Notes: generated from the letters alone by a model not told the origin. Positions 50,092 to 63,155 are shown, numbered from the stretch's first letter. The stretch: 64,000 bases of DNA from Stegostoma tigrinum (GCF_030684315.1 NC_081369.1:45491598-45555597), one strand, 5' to 3'. Numbers and translations are program-made.

Positions 50092-51464
50092 CTTTAACTC
50101 TATCCTGACTTTCATCAGCTGAATGCATTTAAATTTCACCAGCTGCCCAGGTGAATTTTAACCTGTTAGCTCACAAGTATTAGTCTTGATCACCAGGCCA
50201 GTGACATTACCACTAGCCCATTATCTCAGAAAGGAATTGTGTCTTTACATTGCAATTACATCATTACCGACCAGATTCATGGACAACAGTCGCAGCCCCC
50301 CCACCCCCTCCGCAAAGTACAGTCAAGGGAGTTGAGCTGGTGTTAAATGGCCTGACCAAAATGCATACAGTGCTAAACAGTTTATCAAGTTCCCTATCAG
50401 GGTTTTGTTAAAGAAAACACGTTCCCTCCCTCTCGATTCAAACATTTTTAATCCCTCCACACTGACTCATTTCCTTCAACTTATTAATTTTATACTTTGC
50501 AATAGCAGTACCAGGAGACATAATTTTATTGATCAACCTTACAGATAGATTAGTATTAAAATAATTTGCATACAAACTCCTAGAGTGACATGTACTTATT
50601 TATGGTAAAGCAACAACATCCTTTATTTTGCTCCAATAGCGTCCAGCGTGAAATTGGGCTCATTTTAATGGCTATGAAGCAATTATTATCGTTCACTCTG
50701 ACAATACTTCGTTAGGCCAAAGAACAAAATGACCTAAACTCTAATACATTCAAAGTTATAAAATATTGATGAGTTAGAATACTGTGAGTAGAACAGAATT
50801 CCAATCAAGTTGTTATTTGTTCCTAAATATTGCTTCACTGAGTATTGTGATTGATTTAAATGATATACAGAATAGGAAAGAAGTATGCATGATTTATTTA
50901 CAGGTGCTACACATTGGCTTATATCTATAGAATGTGATGTATGATCAATGTAATACCAGCAATGTCACTGAAATAAATATTACAGTTTAAATAGAGTGAT
51001 TGAGTGGAAGTGTCATCCTCACTTTCTAACGTTCAGATTCAAACTTAGAAATTCCATGGGCCATCCAGTGAACAGCCAACTAGTACTCTAATCTCATTTT
51101 TTTAAACCAAACTGCATTTATAGTGTGTGCCAATCAGGTCAGAGAAGTGTTCATTCACCTCTGACACAGTTGGAAGTCAGATGACTAATCGGCTCAATTA
51201 AAACTTTTTTGTTAGGTGCTTAATAGTCAGGAAAAATAGCAGTTTGATGAGATGTCAGTTTTGCAAGTTTGGTTATAATTCCTGCTTCACAGAACAATTT
51301 GAGGACACAGGTTAAAAATGGAGACAATAAATTAATTATTCAGATTTGTGGAAAGGAAATGACTACTTTCAATCTCGTTATTAGTGAATTTTGTGACTTT
51401 ATAAAACTTAGATACTGAGAATTCAGGTAAAATAAGTTAATACTTTGAAAATGTCAATTTTTTT

Positions 51465-52720
51465 GAATCATACAATATTATAAATTTACAACACAGAAGG
51501 AGACATTCTACTTATCATTTCAATATGGCTAGCAAGTTGCCATCCAGATTATATCCACTTTTCAGCTTTTTATTGTAGCCTTGAAGTGTATATCCAAACA
51601 CATTTTAAATTTTGTATACATTCAAATACATTTTAAATCTTACGAGTGATTCTGCCCTTAACATCTTTTCAAGTAGTGAGTTCTCACTAAATTTCTCTTC
51701 CCTTAATTTATGTCCCCAGTTAAGGACCCTGCTCTTTGAGGAATAGGGCCTTCTTATCCACTCTTTCAAAATCCTTAATTTTATACAATTCAGTTATGTC
51801 TCCTTCAGACCAACAAAACAACTCTGGGCCCATCCAGTCTTTCCCCATAAATAATATTGTTCAGTCCAGGCAGCATTCTCCTACATCTCCTCTGCATGCT
51901 TTCCAGTGCAATGATGTCATTCCTATATTGCGGTGATCAAAGCTTCAAGCCTAACTAGTGTTGTGTAGTTCCAGACTCATGTCTTGGTTCTTATATTCTC
52001 TGCCTCAGCTAATAAAGGCAAAGATCTGAGAACATGAACTCCAAGGGCCCTTTATACTGCTACTTTTTTCAGTATTCTACCGTTAATTATTGTCTCATTA
52101 GACTTTCCCAATTGCATCACCTCACCGTTCTCCAGATTTATCTCCATTTACTAATGTTCTACCCACCTGGCTTATCTTTTGTTTTTCTGTAGTCAACAGC
52201 TTTGTTCTTTATTGCCAACTTGTATATTGTTTGTAAACTTCTCAATCAACCACCTATATTTATATATAGCGAGAGATGTAGTACCAAGCCCTATGAAACC
52301 TAACTGGAAACAGCTTTCCACAGACAAGAACACCCATTGACAATCGCCTTTTGCTTACTACTTCACAGACAGTTTTGGATCCAACTTGCTACATTGTCCT
52401 GTATCCCATGCCTTTTTACGTTTGTGACTAATCAACCTTGTGGGAATGTATCAAAATCCTTGCTAAAATATGTGCATGACTTAATGAAATGCACAACCTT
52501 TATCAAAACTCATTGTTATATCTTCAAAGGGGTCAGTGGTGTTCGTCAAACATCACCTTTGCTTAATAAATACGTCCTGGTTAGTTTTGATTCGTTCACA
52601 ACATTTTAAATGACTTTATCCTGTCCCTCTGAATTTTTCCAGTTATTTTGCTATCACCAAGTTTATGATAACTGGACGACTTGGTCTATCCATTCCTAAA
52701 CAAATCTACAATGCTACCTG
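51465..52720 (-). mobile_element. Old CR1-type LINE fragment
   Basis: Minus-strand DFSKDFDTFPQG (decayed DFSKAFDKVPH) near 52440-52470 and a CR1-like 3' end. Confidence 0.7.
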
Positions 52721-52779
52721 TTCTAGATGGAAAGACTATATTCCATTTTTCCAGTTTCTACTCTTTTGTTGCATCTGTT

Positions 52780-53160
52780 CCAATTAAACTTTCTTTCACA
52801 ATGTTTAGGACATGCCTTCCTTTACCTTCAACCAAGGATCTCCCTCTCCCTGTTAAACGGGGCCCTCAGCACTGTCAAGAGATAATGGGAACTGCAGATG
52901 CTGGAGAATCCAAGATAACAAAGTGTGAAGCTGGATGAACACAGCAGGCCCCGCAGCATCTCAGGAGCACAAAAGCTGACGTTTCGGCTTTTGTGCTCCA
53001 AAGATGCTGCTTGGCCTGCTGTGTTCATCCAGCGCCACACTTGGTTACCTCAGCTCTGTCCATTCATTTTCCAAATTTCTGCTCTCAACGCTTCATTTAC
53101 CTCCCTGGACCACAATCGGGGTCACCCTCTCTTCACCAATTCATGGCTCAACCTTCGGAT
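52780..53160 (+). mobile_element. Penelope fragment with nested collapsed fold-back element (52877-53047)
   Basis: Terminal-repeat arms in inverted orientation, flanked by cctcagc(a/t)ctgtc at 52864-52876 and 53048-53060. Confidence 0.7.
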
Positions 53161-53899
53161 AAACGATGACTAGAGAAAAGACAGATTTATTCAATTCACA
53201 GAATTTTAAACTCCTCAGCAACTGGCATTTCCAGATCGGTAAACCGGTCACCGGTGGAGTCAGACGGGTTTCGGACTGAAACGTTCCCTGCTCCGGCGGA
53301 TGCTGTCCGACCTGCTGTGTTTTTCCAGCCCCACGTTTATTGACAGCAACATCTCAGTAATGTTGCTGCTGTAGGTGGACAGCTCAAAATGCTAACCGTT
53401 GTTCTGAGTAAGGCGAGGAATCTGACAGGTATCAATCTTTGTTACTTCAGGTTTCAGCTGGTGTGGGATGGTTCTGATCGGTTACACACACCTAGCTCCT
53501 TACTGACCCTGCACCAGAGAAACTGGTAAGTTACCTTTCTGGTTTTTCAGTGAGCCAGAGCTTATTACAAGCAATCGGACATAGAGTCATTTTATTTCAT
53601 TCAGTCACTGGGACATGTTGAGGGATCAGTCTGCCCACCAGCAAGGGATTGCAGCATATTTCTGTTAACATCCAGATCGAGTAATGTAGAAGAACACGGC
53701 GGGGTGGGTGGGAATTGAGCACTTGTGGTAATGTAGATAAATCACAGGGTCAGTGCAGAACCGCCCCATCGAGTCAATCGTTCCGGCACGCATTGCGAGG
53801 TTGTTCCAAAGTGAGTGTTGGGGTGTGCAGCAAACATGGTATTTACAGGAACACCTGCTCAAAAATAAAGCAAAACAAAACAAACGTGTGGCAGAAAAG

Positions 53900-54183
53900 T
53901 GAACGATTCTAGTCGTCCGATAATCTGTGGGCAGAAAGCACAAATTCTCATTGCGGACTGACGTCTGCTTTGATTTCAACTTTTTCTCCGTCGGCGGGAC
54001 AGTGAGCCAAACAGACTTCGCCACACCCCCCCCACCCCCCTCACCACCACACCCCGCGCGAAACTCGCCTCCTCGGTTCGACGAGTTGTACAAAAGGGAA
54101 GCGAGACAGACTTAAGAGAGAGAGAGAGTTGGTCAAGTACAGGCGCCGGAACAGCAGGGTCTGAGCCCTATTCTGCTGTCACC
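53900..54183 (+). promoter_or_regulatory. CpG-enriched BCO1 promoter / 5' UTR
   Basis: Raised CpG content, CACCC/C-rich boxes, TATA-like TACAAAA at 54089-54095. Confidence 0.45.
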
Positions 54184-54247
54184 ATGCAATCGCTGTTCAC
54201 AGGCAACAAAAGGGAATGTCCAGAACCCGTCAGAGCAGAAATTGAAG
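54184..54247 (+). CDS. BCO1: Beta-carotene 15,15'-oxygenase 1, coding exon 1
   Basis: accATG; MQSLFTGNKRECPEPVRAEIE, G|gtgaga. Confidence 0.9.
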
Positions 54248-55226
54248 GTGAGAAAGTATTGTGTATTACTATGTAACTAAGAACTGCGTGTGACTCGGTT
54301 TAGTGTTAACTGCTCGACGCTTCAACAAAAACAAATAAATGAGACAATGGGAATGATAAAGAGTTTCCTCTGCCAATTTGCCAGACTGGTAACGTGAAGA
54401 TCCCAGAGATGTTTTGATCAGGCGCTGAAATATTTATCCCGTGTTTGTTTACAGCAGTAGCGGCGTTTGCTGCTCTCTGGAAACCTCGTTCTACCGCAGG
54501 GCGCTGGGAGGTGGGAGCTGCTGCTGTGTTTAGTTTGTGAGTCCCGGTAGTGCTGAGGGCTGGAAGCTGTAGGATTAAGGTCCCACACCAGGCCAACTGC
54601 AGGGAGAAGCTCTGGAAGAAGCAGTTGTGCTTCTTTTCACATCGGTTGCATTTAGCCGGCACAAACATAACGCCTGGGTGAAACTGCATGATCAGCACGC
54701 GCATTGAAGAAGTTGGTCTCAGTTCCCTGTCACATTCGCATATTTTTTTCTAAAATAAAACAAGCCTGTAGGTTCCGCCTGAAAACAATATGCACGCACT
54801 GCTGCAACCATGTTATGCATTCTTATTTAATGAAAATATGCATGAATTTTGTTCTCCTTTCTGCCTGAACTGACGACGGTGACTCAGGTGAGTGTGCGAG
54901 GATTGGTGCCTGGGTATGTGCAGACTAGGTCGATTAGCCAAAGGTAAATGTAGATTTACAGCGATAGGGTAGTGAGGTGGGTAGGGTCGGTGTGGACTCG
55001 ATGGACCAAATAGCCTGCTTCTGCAGTGTGGAGGTTCTATGATCGTATTAGGAACATAAAGTATATGGTGGATTTTAAAGTTGCTACCTTGGGATGGATT
55101 TTATTTCCATGGGTGGCGCAGACTCTGCAAGTCCTTTGCTGCTTCACGTGAACATTGCATTAACATTGCATTGTTCTTCACAGCATAAAACGGATTTTAA
55201 CTGTTGTTTATTTTACGTTTAAATAG

Positions 55227-55355
55227 GTCACATTCCACAATGGCTGCAGGGGACACTCATTCGAAATGGACCAGGCATGCACAAAGTTGGTGAAACTGTC
55301 TACAATCATTGGTTTGACGGGATGGCCTTGTTGCATAGTTTCACATTTCAAAATG
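55227..55355 (+). CDS. BCO1: BCO1 exon 2
   Basis: GHIPQWLQGTLIRNGPGMHKVGETVYNHWFDGMALLHSFTFQN (RNGPG and HWFDG carotenoid-oxygenase motifs). Confidence 0.95.
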
Positions 55356-55957
55356 GTGAGTTAGTGTAGGACACTTTTCACCTCTTTCCAGACGAGGAAA
55401 TAATACTTATAAAGAATGTCAATATGACATTCCCTTCTTGGTTTGATATGCTATGCATTTTTCATCAAGCATGTAATCTGCAATCAAAATCAGTTTGAAC
55501 ATTATTTACAAATGACCTGTCAAACACAGTGAATAGAATAGAAATTTATTGTCATGTGTACTTTTACATGAAAAACTGAAATGTTTTATACGTCACCCAC
55601 CACAACACCTACATTAATGACAGAAGTCATACATAATAATTTTAAAGAGTAAAATTAAGATAAAATTCATCACAGTACAGTTAACATCTTAGTGGTAGGT
55701 TGTTTGGTCACACAGCTTTCACTCATTTTTAGTTTTGAAAGCCATTAAGCAGCTGATTAAGTGAGTGAGGATTCATGGGAATTAGTCCCTTTTCCTCAAA
55801 TACTTTCTCACAAAACTTCTATTCTCCTCTTAATGTATACAGTGTCCTTTAAAGTAAAGACTACCTAGAGGGGTTTTCAGTGCGGGTTTCATTTGGTGGC
55901 CCAGACACATTTAAAGTAGGATTTTGCTTCCATGTAGAGTGTTCTGCTGCTTTGAGA

Positions 55958-56262
55958 TTATAGAATCCCTATAGTGCAGAACAGGCCATTCAGCCCATCA
56001 AGTCAGCATGAACCTCTGCAGAAAATCCCTCCCCCCACTCTAACTCCTGTTATTTATGACTAATCCACCTAGCCTGCACATTGCAGGGCAATTTTTAGCA
56101 TGACCAATCCACCTGACTCGCACATCTTTGGACTGTAGGAGGAAACTGGAGCACCTGGTGGAAACTCATGCAGACATGGGAAGAATGTGCAAAGTCCACA
56201 CAGATAGTTGGCCAAGGCTGAAATCGAACCTGGCACTGTGAGGCATCAGTATTAACCACTGT
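55958..56262 (-). mobile_element. HE1-like V-SINE
   Basis: Reverse complement of the V-domain (gcacatctttggactgtaggaggaaactggagcacc...) and tail. Confidence 0.8.
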
Positions 56263-56454
56263 ACTATTATGAGACCAGTGACTGGTTAATATAACATTAC
56301 AAGAGCAACACTAAATTAATAAATATGCTTTGGATAGTCTGACAGTTTGTGTTTAGCTGCTGGCAGCAGAGGGAAGAGATTCTGAATTATTTTCAACTTA
56401 CAACTGAAATAAAATTATAGGCCTTGCTATTCCAAGTATTTCACTTTTCAGTTA

Positions 56455-56910
56455 TAAATGCAAGCTTCACCCTCAGCTTCCAATGGTCGACTATCCCTAT
56501 CTTTTACTGGTTCTATATTAACTATACCAGCGTCCACTTCCACTGGCAGCTTATTCCATATGCACGGCATCCTCTGCATGAAAAATATGTCCCTTTTAGA
56601 TCTTTCCCCTCGCGTCTTAAACCTATACCCTGTAGTTTTGGATTCATCCACTCTGGAATAAAGATCTTGACTATTCACCCTATCTACGCTCCTCATGATT
56701 TTATAAACTTTTGTAAGGTCGCCCCTCAGCCTCCAAAGTTTCAGGGAAATTAACCCCAGCCTATTCGGCCTCTTCCTGTAGTTCAAACCCTCCGACCTCA
56801 ACAACATCCTTGTAAATCTTTTCAGCACCATTTAAAGTTTCACAACATCTTTCTTGTAGTGGGGAGCCCAGAATTGAAAGCAGTATTCCAAAAATGGCCT
56901 CACCAATCCT
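56455..56910 (-). mobile_element. CR1-type LINE fragment
   Basis: KRFTRMLL...RLGLISLKLWRLRGDLTKVYKIMRSVDRV. Confidence 0.85.
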
Positions 56911-57233
56911 CATAGGAATATGAAATGCTGCCTCAAAATGAATTAGGGAGTGAAAATCATTCCAGCTACAGATAAACAAATACATAACTGACATTAATGT
57001 TATTGCATTAATCAGACACAGTGATTTCCAAATCTGAATTGGATGAACTTGCATTTGGAAGGAAGATCACTGGTGGCTAATGAATATAGTGCAGCTCCTA
57101 TAAAGCTGTAAGATACAACGCGAATAATCACCACACAATTCAGCTTCCAAGTTTCCTAGACAAGAATGGGTAATTGGAAATTGATTTCTACTAGCCACAG
57201 TGGTAACTAGCTTTTTTATATTCTTAAACCCAG

Positions 57234-57363
57234 GTGAGGTGTTCTACAGAAGTAAGTATCTTCGCAGCGATACTTACAAGTCTAACATAGAAGCTAACAG
57301 GATTGTGGTGTCAGAATTCGGCACAATGGCTTACCCAGATCCGTGCAAGAATATTTTTTCTAA
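57234..57363 (+). CDS. BCO1: BCO1 exon 3
   Basis: GEVFYRSKYLRSDTYKSNIEANRIVVSEFGTMAYPDPCKNIFSK (PDPCK motif). Confidence 0.96.
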
Positions 57364-57479
57364 GTAAGCATGAAGTGAGCTACTGATTGTTCCTATTTAC
57401 TTTGGTTAACAAATTGATCGTTGTCGCAGAATAATTGAAATTTGCAGCACAAAGTGAGGCAATCACGCCTGTTTGCAAT

Positions 57480-57677
57480 CAGAGATAATGGGAACTGCAG
57501 ATGCTGGAGAATCTGCGATAACAAAGTGTGGAGCTGGATGAACACAGCAGGCCAAGCAGCATCTTAGGAGCACTAAAGCTGACGTTTCAGGCCTGGACCC
57601 TTCATCAGAAAAATTTCTGATGAAGGGTCTAGGCCTGAAACATCAGCTTTTGTGCGCCTAAGATGCTGCTTGGCCCA
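57480..57677. mobile_element. Hairpin Penelope-derived element with 11-bp TSD in BCO1 intron 3
   Basis: cccttcatcagaaa-aa-tttctgatgaaggg centre; hammerhead-like cores back to back; ctgtttgcaat at 57469-57479 and 57678-57688. Confidence 0.88.
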
Positions 57678-60098
57678 CTGTTTGCAATGCCGACCCTTTC
57701 CTGGAGCAATCAAAAACTTATATTACTATTCTATAATATTCTTATAGCCTTCTACCTTTATTCGTTTCAAAATGAAGTCTGTTTCACCTGAAGGAAGTAT
57801 TAGGTTTCGTCTCAAGTCAGTTCCAGTGGCAAGCGCTCCATTTTCACAACAGACCACAGGCAAATGCCTTTGATTAGATTCCCTACAGTGTGGAAACAGG
57901 CCCTTCGGCCCAACAAGTCCACACTGAACTAAACTACTGTTTCTCACTTCCTAAGTAATGATTTTAACATGTCGCATTTTATCATCAACTTCCCAAATAG
58001 AGAAGCCAGTCTGACACGATTCACCCTATTAGAACTTTTTACAACTTAACAAACTTATATTGCATATATTATAGCCTTCTATTTTGCAGTGATAGTGGTA
58101 ATGGTTTCTCAAGTATCTCCTTAAACTAAAATGCCTCAATGGCTTTAATGCCTTTAATAGGAAAAAGTGCCCACAACTGTACACAGCACTCTAAAACTGT
58201 GATGTAACAACATTGTTATTTAAATTCATCATTACTTTATACCTCTTCCACTCCATGACCTTATTTATAAACCAATATTCAAGTTATGGCTTTACCTATC
58301 TACACTGGTATTTTTAAAAAAATAATTCATGGGAAGTGGACATTGATGATTGGGCCAGCATTTATTGTCCATCCCAGTTTCCCTTGAGAAGGTGACATTG
58401 AGCTGCCTTCTTGAACCACTCCACGAATTTAGGTAGACCCACAATGTTGTTAGGAAGGAAGTTTGTATTCCTAGACCTTTGCCCACCTAAACAAATAGTC
58501 TTGAGAATCCTTGTACCAAGTACAAATATCTATTCCTTGTTAATTTTCTTCCATACATTATCATTGAATGTCTCTGCACATGACATTGCATCATTTATTA
58601 TCTTATCCATTCCTTCCTTAATTATTTTATAATCATTTGCATTGTTTTATGAATCTTCTTCTCCTTTTGTAACATTAGCAAATTTGGAGACTTATTCCTT
58701 GCAGCCGCAATTATCTGGTCATACCAAGGACAGGTCTTAACCCATTATTGAAGATTCACCACTTCCTGTAGTTACAGCAAAACTCAGTGATCCTAATGTT
58801 TTATTTCTTGGCTGCCACGTTTGTGTCCTTGCATTTCCTCATATTCCATACACCTGAATTATTCAGATGGAATTATTAAAAATCTTCTGATAAGTTATAT
58901 TCAACACCTCTGCTGAGCACTTTTTATCTCTTGTTATGGAGAAGGGGAGGTTGAAGAAATTCCTGATACTCCCCATTATAGGTAACAAGTAACAATTTAT
59001 TTATTTAACTGTAATCTAACTGAACACATTAACAGAACTACTATCAAACCAAACAATTTCTCCCTAACTCCTAATTATTCCCTAACTGAACTAAATTCTA
59101 CTGGTGTGCTATTCCAATAAACTTAAGTCCCATATTTATAATCCAAGTAGTAAGAAAAAAAACTTAGTCAGTCAAAGTTGTCATTCTTCTGAAATGCCCT
59201 GCCTTCTTCACTGTCTCTCCAGTCATAAACGCCTTTCTTCTGCTGTTCTTCAATCATAAGCACTTTTCTTTCACTGATCCTGCTGTCAAGGATGTTCTCT
59301 CTATGAAGACCCTTAGTTAGAAGTGTTGTGGTATCTCTTATGGATAAGATGGTGCTTTCTTAGAGAGCTTAGTGATTTCTTGTGAGAACTAGGTATTTAT
59401 TTCTCAGATGGCAGTTCACTCTGACACTGATTTTCAAAAACCCTGTCCTCAATTACCTTGGATGACATATCAAATTTAAATTCAATTGTCTTTCAATCGC
59501 TAAGTGCTTGGTTTAAATTAATTGGCTGATTCCAGTTTGTTGCCAAAACATCAAACACACCTAAGATTTCCAATCACATAGCCAATTGATACAAGTTTCC
59601 ATTTTAGAACTGGCTGTACACCTTCAGCTATGTAGACACTTTCTTTTTCTGTATAAATCTCTAAGCTTAGAAAAGTAATTGATCTCTTAAAGAAATCACA
59701 TACTCTACAGAACTTCATAATACTATCCGATCTGTAATTTCTGTAATCTAGCTGGTAAATTCATAAAGCCCATGACTTTATTACAATTTTTGACAACCTC
59801 CCTGCTTCTAATTTATCTAGTCCCTTCATAATTTTACATGTTTCTATTAGAAAACTTCCCCTCCACCCCTGCTTCATTCGTCTAAGCCTTCAAAATCTTT
59901 ATTGCCTCTTTTCTGACTTCTTTCAACAACCCCTAGTACATATCAGTTGGGTCCAATAACATTTGCAGCTTAAGTTTCACCAACTTTGCAGAAACAATTG
60001 TTTTTGTACATTCAGCTGTATAAATTGTTTCATTGCACTTTGCCTCAAAATGGGAAACAAACACAACTATGTAACATGTCTTTGTTTTTATTTTACAG

Positions 60099-60246
60099 AG
60101 CAGTTTCCTATCTTGCAAATGTTATTCCTGATTTCACTGATAACTGTTTGATTAATATAATTAAATATGGTGAGGACTTCTTTGCTTCATCAGAGACCAA
60201 CTATATCAGAAGAATAGACCCTAGAACACTTGAAACATTGGAAAAG
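60099..60246 (+). CDS. BCO1: BCO1 exon 4
   Basis: AVSYLANVIPDFTDNCLINIIKYGEDFFASSETNYIRRIDPRTLETLEK. Confidence 0.96.
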
Positions 60247-60319
60247 GTGAGATTTATTGCAATTAAACTCTGTTGGGACTCTTATGGTTGACAGCTCATT
60301 GAACAATTGTGTTTACATG

Positions 60320-60558
60320 AGAACAAAAACAGGTTACTGGAAAAGCTCGACAGGTCTGGCAGCATCTGTGAAGGGAAAAGCAGAGTTAATGTTTCGGGTC
60401 CGTTGACTCTTCCTCAGAACTGCGATTCTGAGAAAAGGTCACCGGACCCGAAACTCTCTTTTCTCCTTCACAGACACTGCCAGACCTGCTGAGCTTTTCC
60501 AGCAGCTTTGTTTCTGTTCCTGATTTACAGCATTCACAATTCTTTCGTTTTTTTAATT
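60320..60558. mobile_element. Fold-back Penelope-derived element (second family) with 13-bp TSD in BCO1 intron 4
   Basis: Inverted arms around ctcagaac-tgcga-ttctgag; ttgtgtttacatg at 60307-60319 and 60559-60571. Confidence 0.85.
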
Positions 60559-61276
60559 TTGTGTTTACATGGGAATGGTTGGCAATGTTTAATTAACACA
60601 CTGTCAACAGTTGAATATTTTAGATGTCTTTAGGATAAACTGGTTGATCAGGAATGCTTTTTTTAACTTTTCTCCTGAATTAAATTATTGCCCCAGTGGC
60701 TTTCAACTCCATGCTTTGGAAGGAGCGATGTCTATGTTATTCCCTCACAAACATCTATGGTATCACTTGTGTGAGTGAATAGCCAAAACACCATGCTACT
60801 CTGCTTGATTCATCCCGTTGAGTACCCCTGAGCATTTCATCCTTCCTCTGAGGAAGTATCTAGATTTCACATGATAGATTTTACTTTGTAGTGGAACAAT
60901 TATACCAGAGCCTTGAAATATAGTACACATTTGTTACAGTGCAGAAGAAAGCCATTTGACTGATTGGCTCTGCATCAGCTCTCCAAATGAGCGTCTCACT
61001 TAGTGGAGAAGACATTGGAAGTCATCTGAAAGGCCGTTTCTGTCATGCAGTAAACTGAGTTTTACGGTACAATACCTTAGGCTCCAGAGTACTGTGTCAC
61101 CAGTTTTGTGAGCAGAATCTTCATTAACAGCTTTAGGTTTTAATTTCTTGTGTTCTAATACTCTCCTATTGAATTTCTTCTGTGACATTTTTATATGCCT
61201 CAACAATGAGGATATGTGTGTTGCTAAAACAACAAGATGAACAGTGACATCAGTTATCTTTGGTATATTTATGTAG

Positions 61277-61424
61277 GTTGACTACACAAAGTATGCTTCT
61301 CTGAACTTGGCGACATCTCATCCACATTATGATGAAGATGGAAACACTTACAATATAGGCACCTCCATCGCTGAGAAAGGCAAAACAAAATACATGATTG
61401 TGAAGATACCAAATACAAAGCCAG
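61277..61424 (+). CDS. BCO1: BCO1 exon 5
   Basis: VDYTKYASLNLATSHPHYDEDGNTYNIGTSIAEKGKTKYMIVKIPNTKP (HPH motif with the first iron-ligand His). Confidence 0.96.
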
Positions 61425-62899
61425 GTACTTTAATGGAGATTTATTATGTTGGGAAGCTTGAAGACTGGTTTTGATTTTAGTTTACATGTATAATTCAATG
61501 TGATGTTGATAATTCCTTTCACCAAAGTGTTTTGTCAGTATTTTTATATCAATAAATTATTATTTAGAGCAGTAGCATCTAGTTGCAATCTTTTGATTTA
61601 TCTTTTTTCTCCTTCCTACCTCCCACTCATTACAAGTCAGGCTCAGACACCAATGTTCTCACCGTGTAATTGTGGTAGAAATAGGAATCCAGATCAGAGT
61701 ATTTTATAACTCAGTACAACACCATATGGTTCATTTGTTGACTAAGCTATTTTTAGTGTCTGTGTTGCCCAATATTCTGAAGGTTGTGAAGTATTCAAAT
61801 TTTCTCTATTTGAGGTCTTTGTTATTTCTTTACATCAGGGTGAGAAAAGGTAAGGCTTATTGAAATTACTTTGGCCAAAAGAAGCATCTGGAAGTATAAG
61901 GAGAGAAGGAAATTGCTTTCATATAGCACATTATAATGTGCTTGGGGTGTCACTTTAGATTACATTTGTGGTTCAGTTACTGTTCTGCAGGCTCATCACC
62001 ACCTTCTCAAGGGCAGTTAGGTTTGGCCACTAAATGTTGTCCTTGCCAGCAATGACCATATCCCCTGCATTAATGATGTTAGTTGAAAGAGGATAATTGA
62101 ACTGAAGTCTCACTGCTCTTCTTCAGATGACTATGTGCAGGCTTAAAAAGTGTAGTTCTCTTGAATTGGACTCTCATCCTGGTGTGTAGATACCTCAAGG
62201 CTGACAATACCACCAGGGAACATTGGTTTGCTTGCTTCCTCAGGATAGTTATTATAGTGATCTTACGCTGGCAGTCATGATCCCAGAGACAGCTCAGTGG
62301 TTGTGGTGTGTTATTATAGTGGGATGGAGGCATTTGGTGGAGAGAATTGCGATAGAAATGACAAGATTGGTCAGCTTATCACCTACATTTCCTGGAAAGG
62401 AGGCAGACAATTGGGAGGACTGGAACAGTGGCTGACAGTAGGCCTTAAGATTTATTTATAAGCTGGGAGTAGACTTCCTGAACTTCTTCGCTCTGTGATA
62501 AGATAAACTTCAAACTTGCCTTTCAGGTATCAGTCTTCAGAAGTCACTGGGGCATGTTGAATGATTGGCAATTCAATTTCACAAATAGGTCTAAAACCAG
62601 CTGAGACCCCTGATTTAGATATGCATAAGATTTAACAGTGAACTGATTATGAGTTGACTTATAGGTCAGGAGCTAAAGGAGTCACTTGGGTTTCACTGAA
62701 ATGTCAGCATAGATCATAGTCGATGGTCTCTTCTAAATTTGTCTGAATCTGGAATGTATTGACCTTGACACGAGAGGAGCAGGTTGATGCTTTTATGGAA
62801 GCTAGAACATATCAGCAGTAAATGACAATTACATCTTTAGTTCAATGTTATTAATTTCTGTAATTAGATTAAAGTGCTGACAAATTTGCTGCAGCTGAG

Positions 62900-63155
62900 G
62901 AGGAGCTGAAATGAGGAGGAATTTCTTTGGCCAGAGGATGGTGAATCTGTGGAATTCATTGCCACAGAATGCTGTGGAGACCAAGCCATTGAGTGTCTTT
63001 AACTCAGAGATAAATAAGGCCTTGATTGTTAAGGGATCAAAGATTATGGAGAGAATGCAGGAGAATGGGGCTGAGAAACATATCAACCATGATCAATTGG
63101 TGGAGCAGACCTGATGGGCCAAATGGCCTAATTCTGCTCTTAAATCTTCTGGCCT
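62900..63155 (+). mobile_element. CR1-type LINE 3' end
   Basis: MRRNFFGQRMVNLWNSLPQNAVE. Confidence 0.85.

Noticed and set aside
53665-54704. Minus-strand 142-aa and 132-aa ORFs around BCO1 exon 1
   Set aside because: No recognisable homology; expected by chance in GC-richer promoter and intron sequence.
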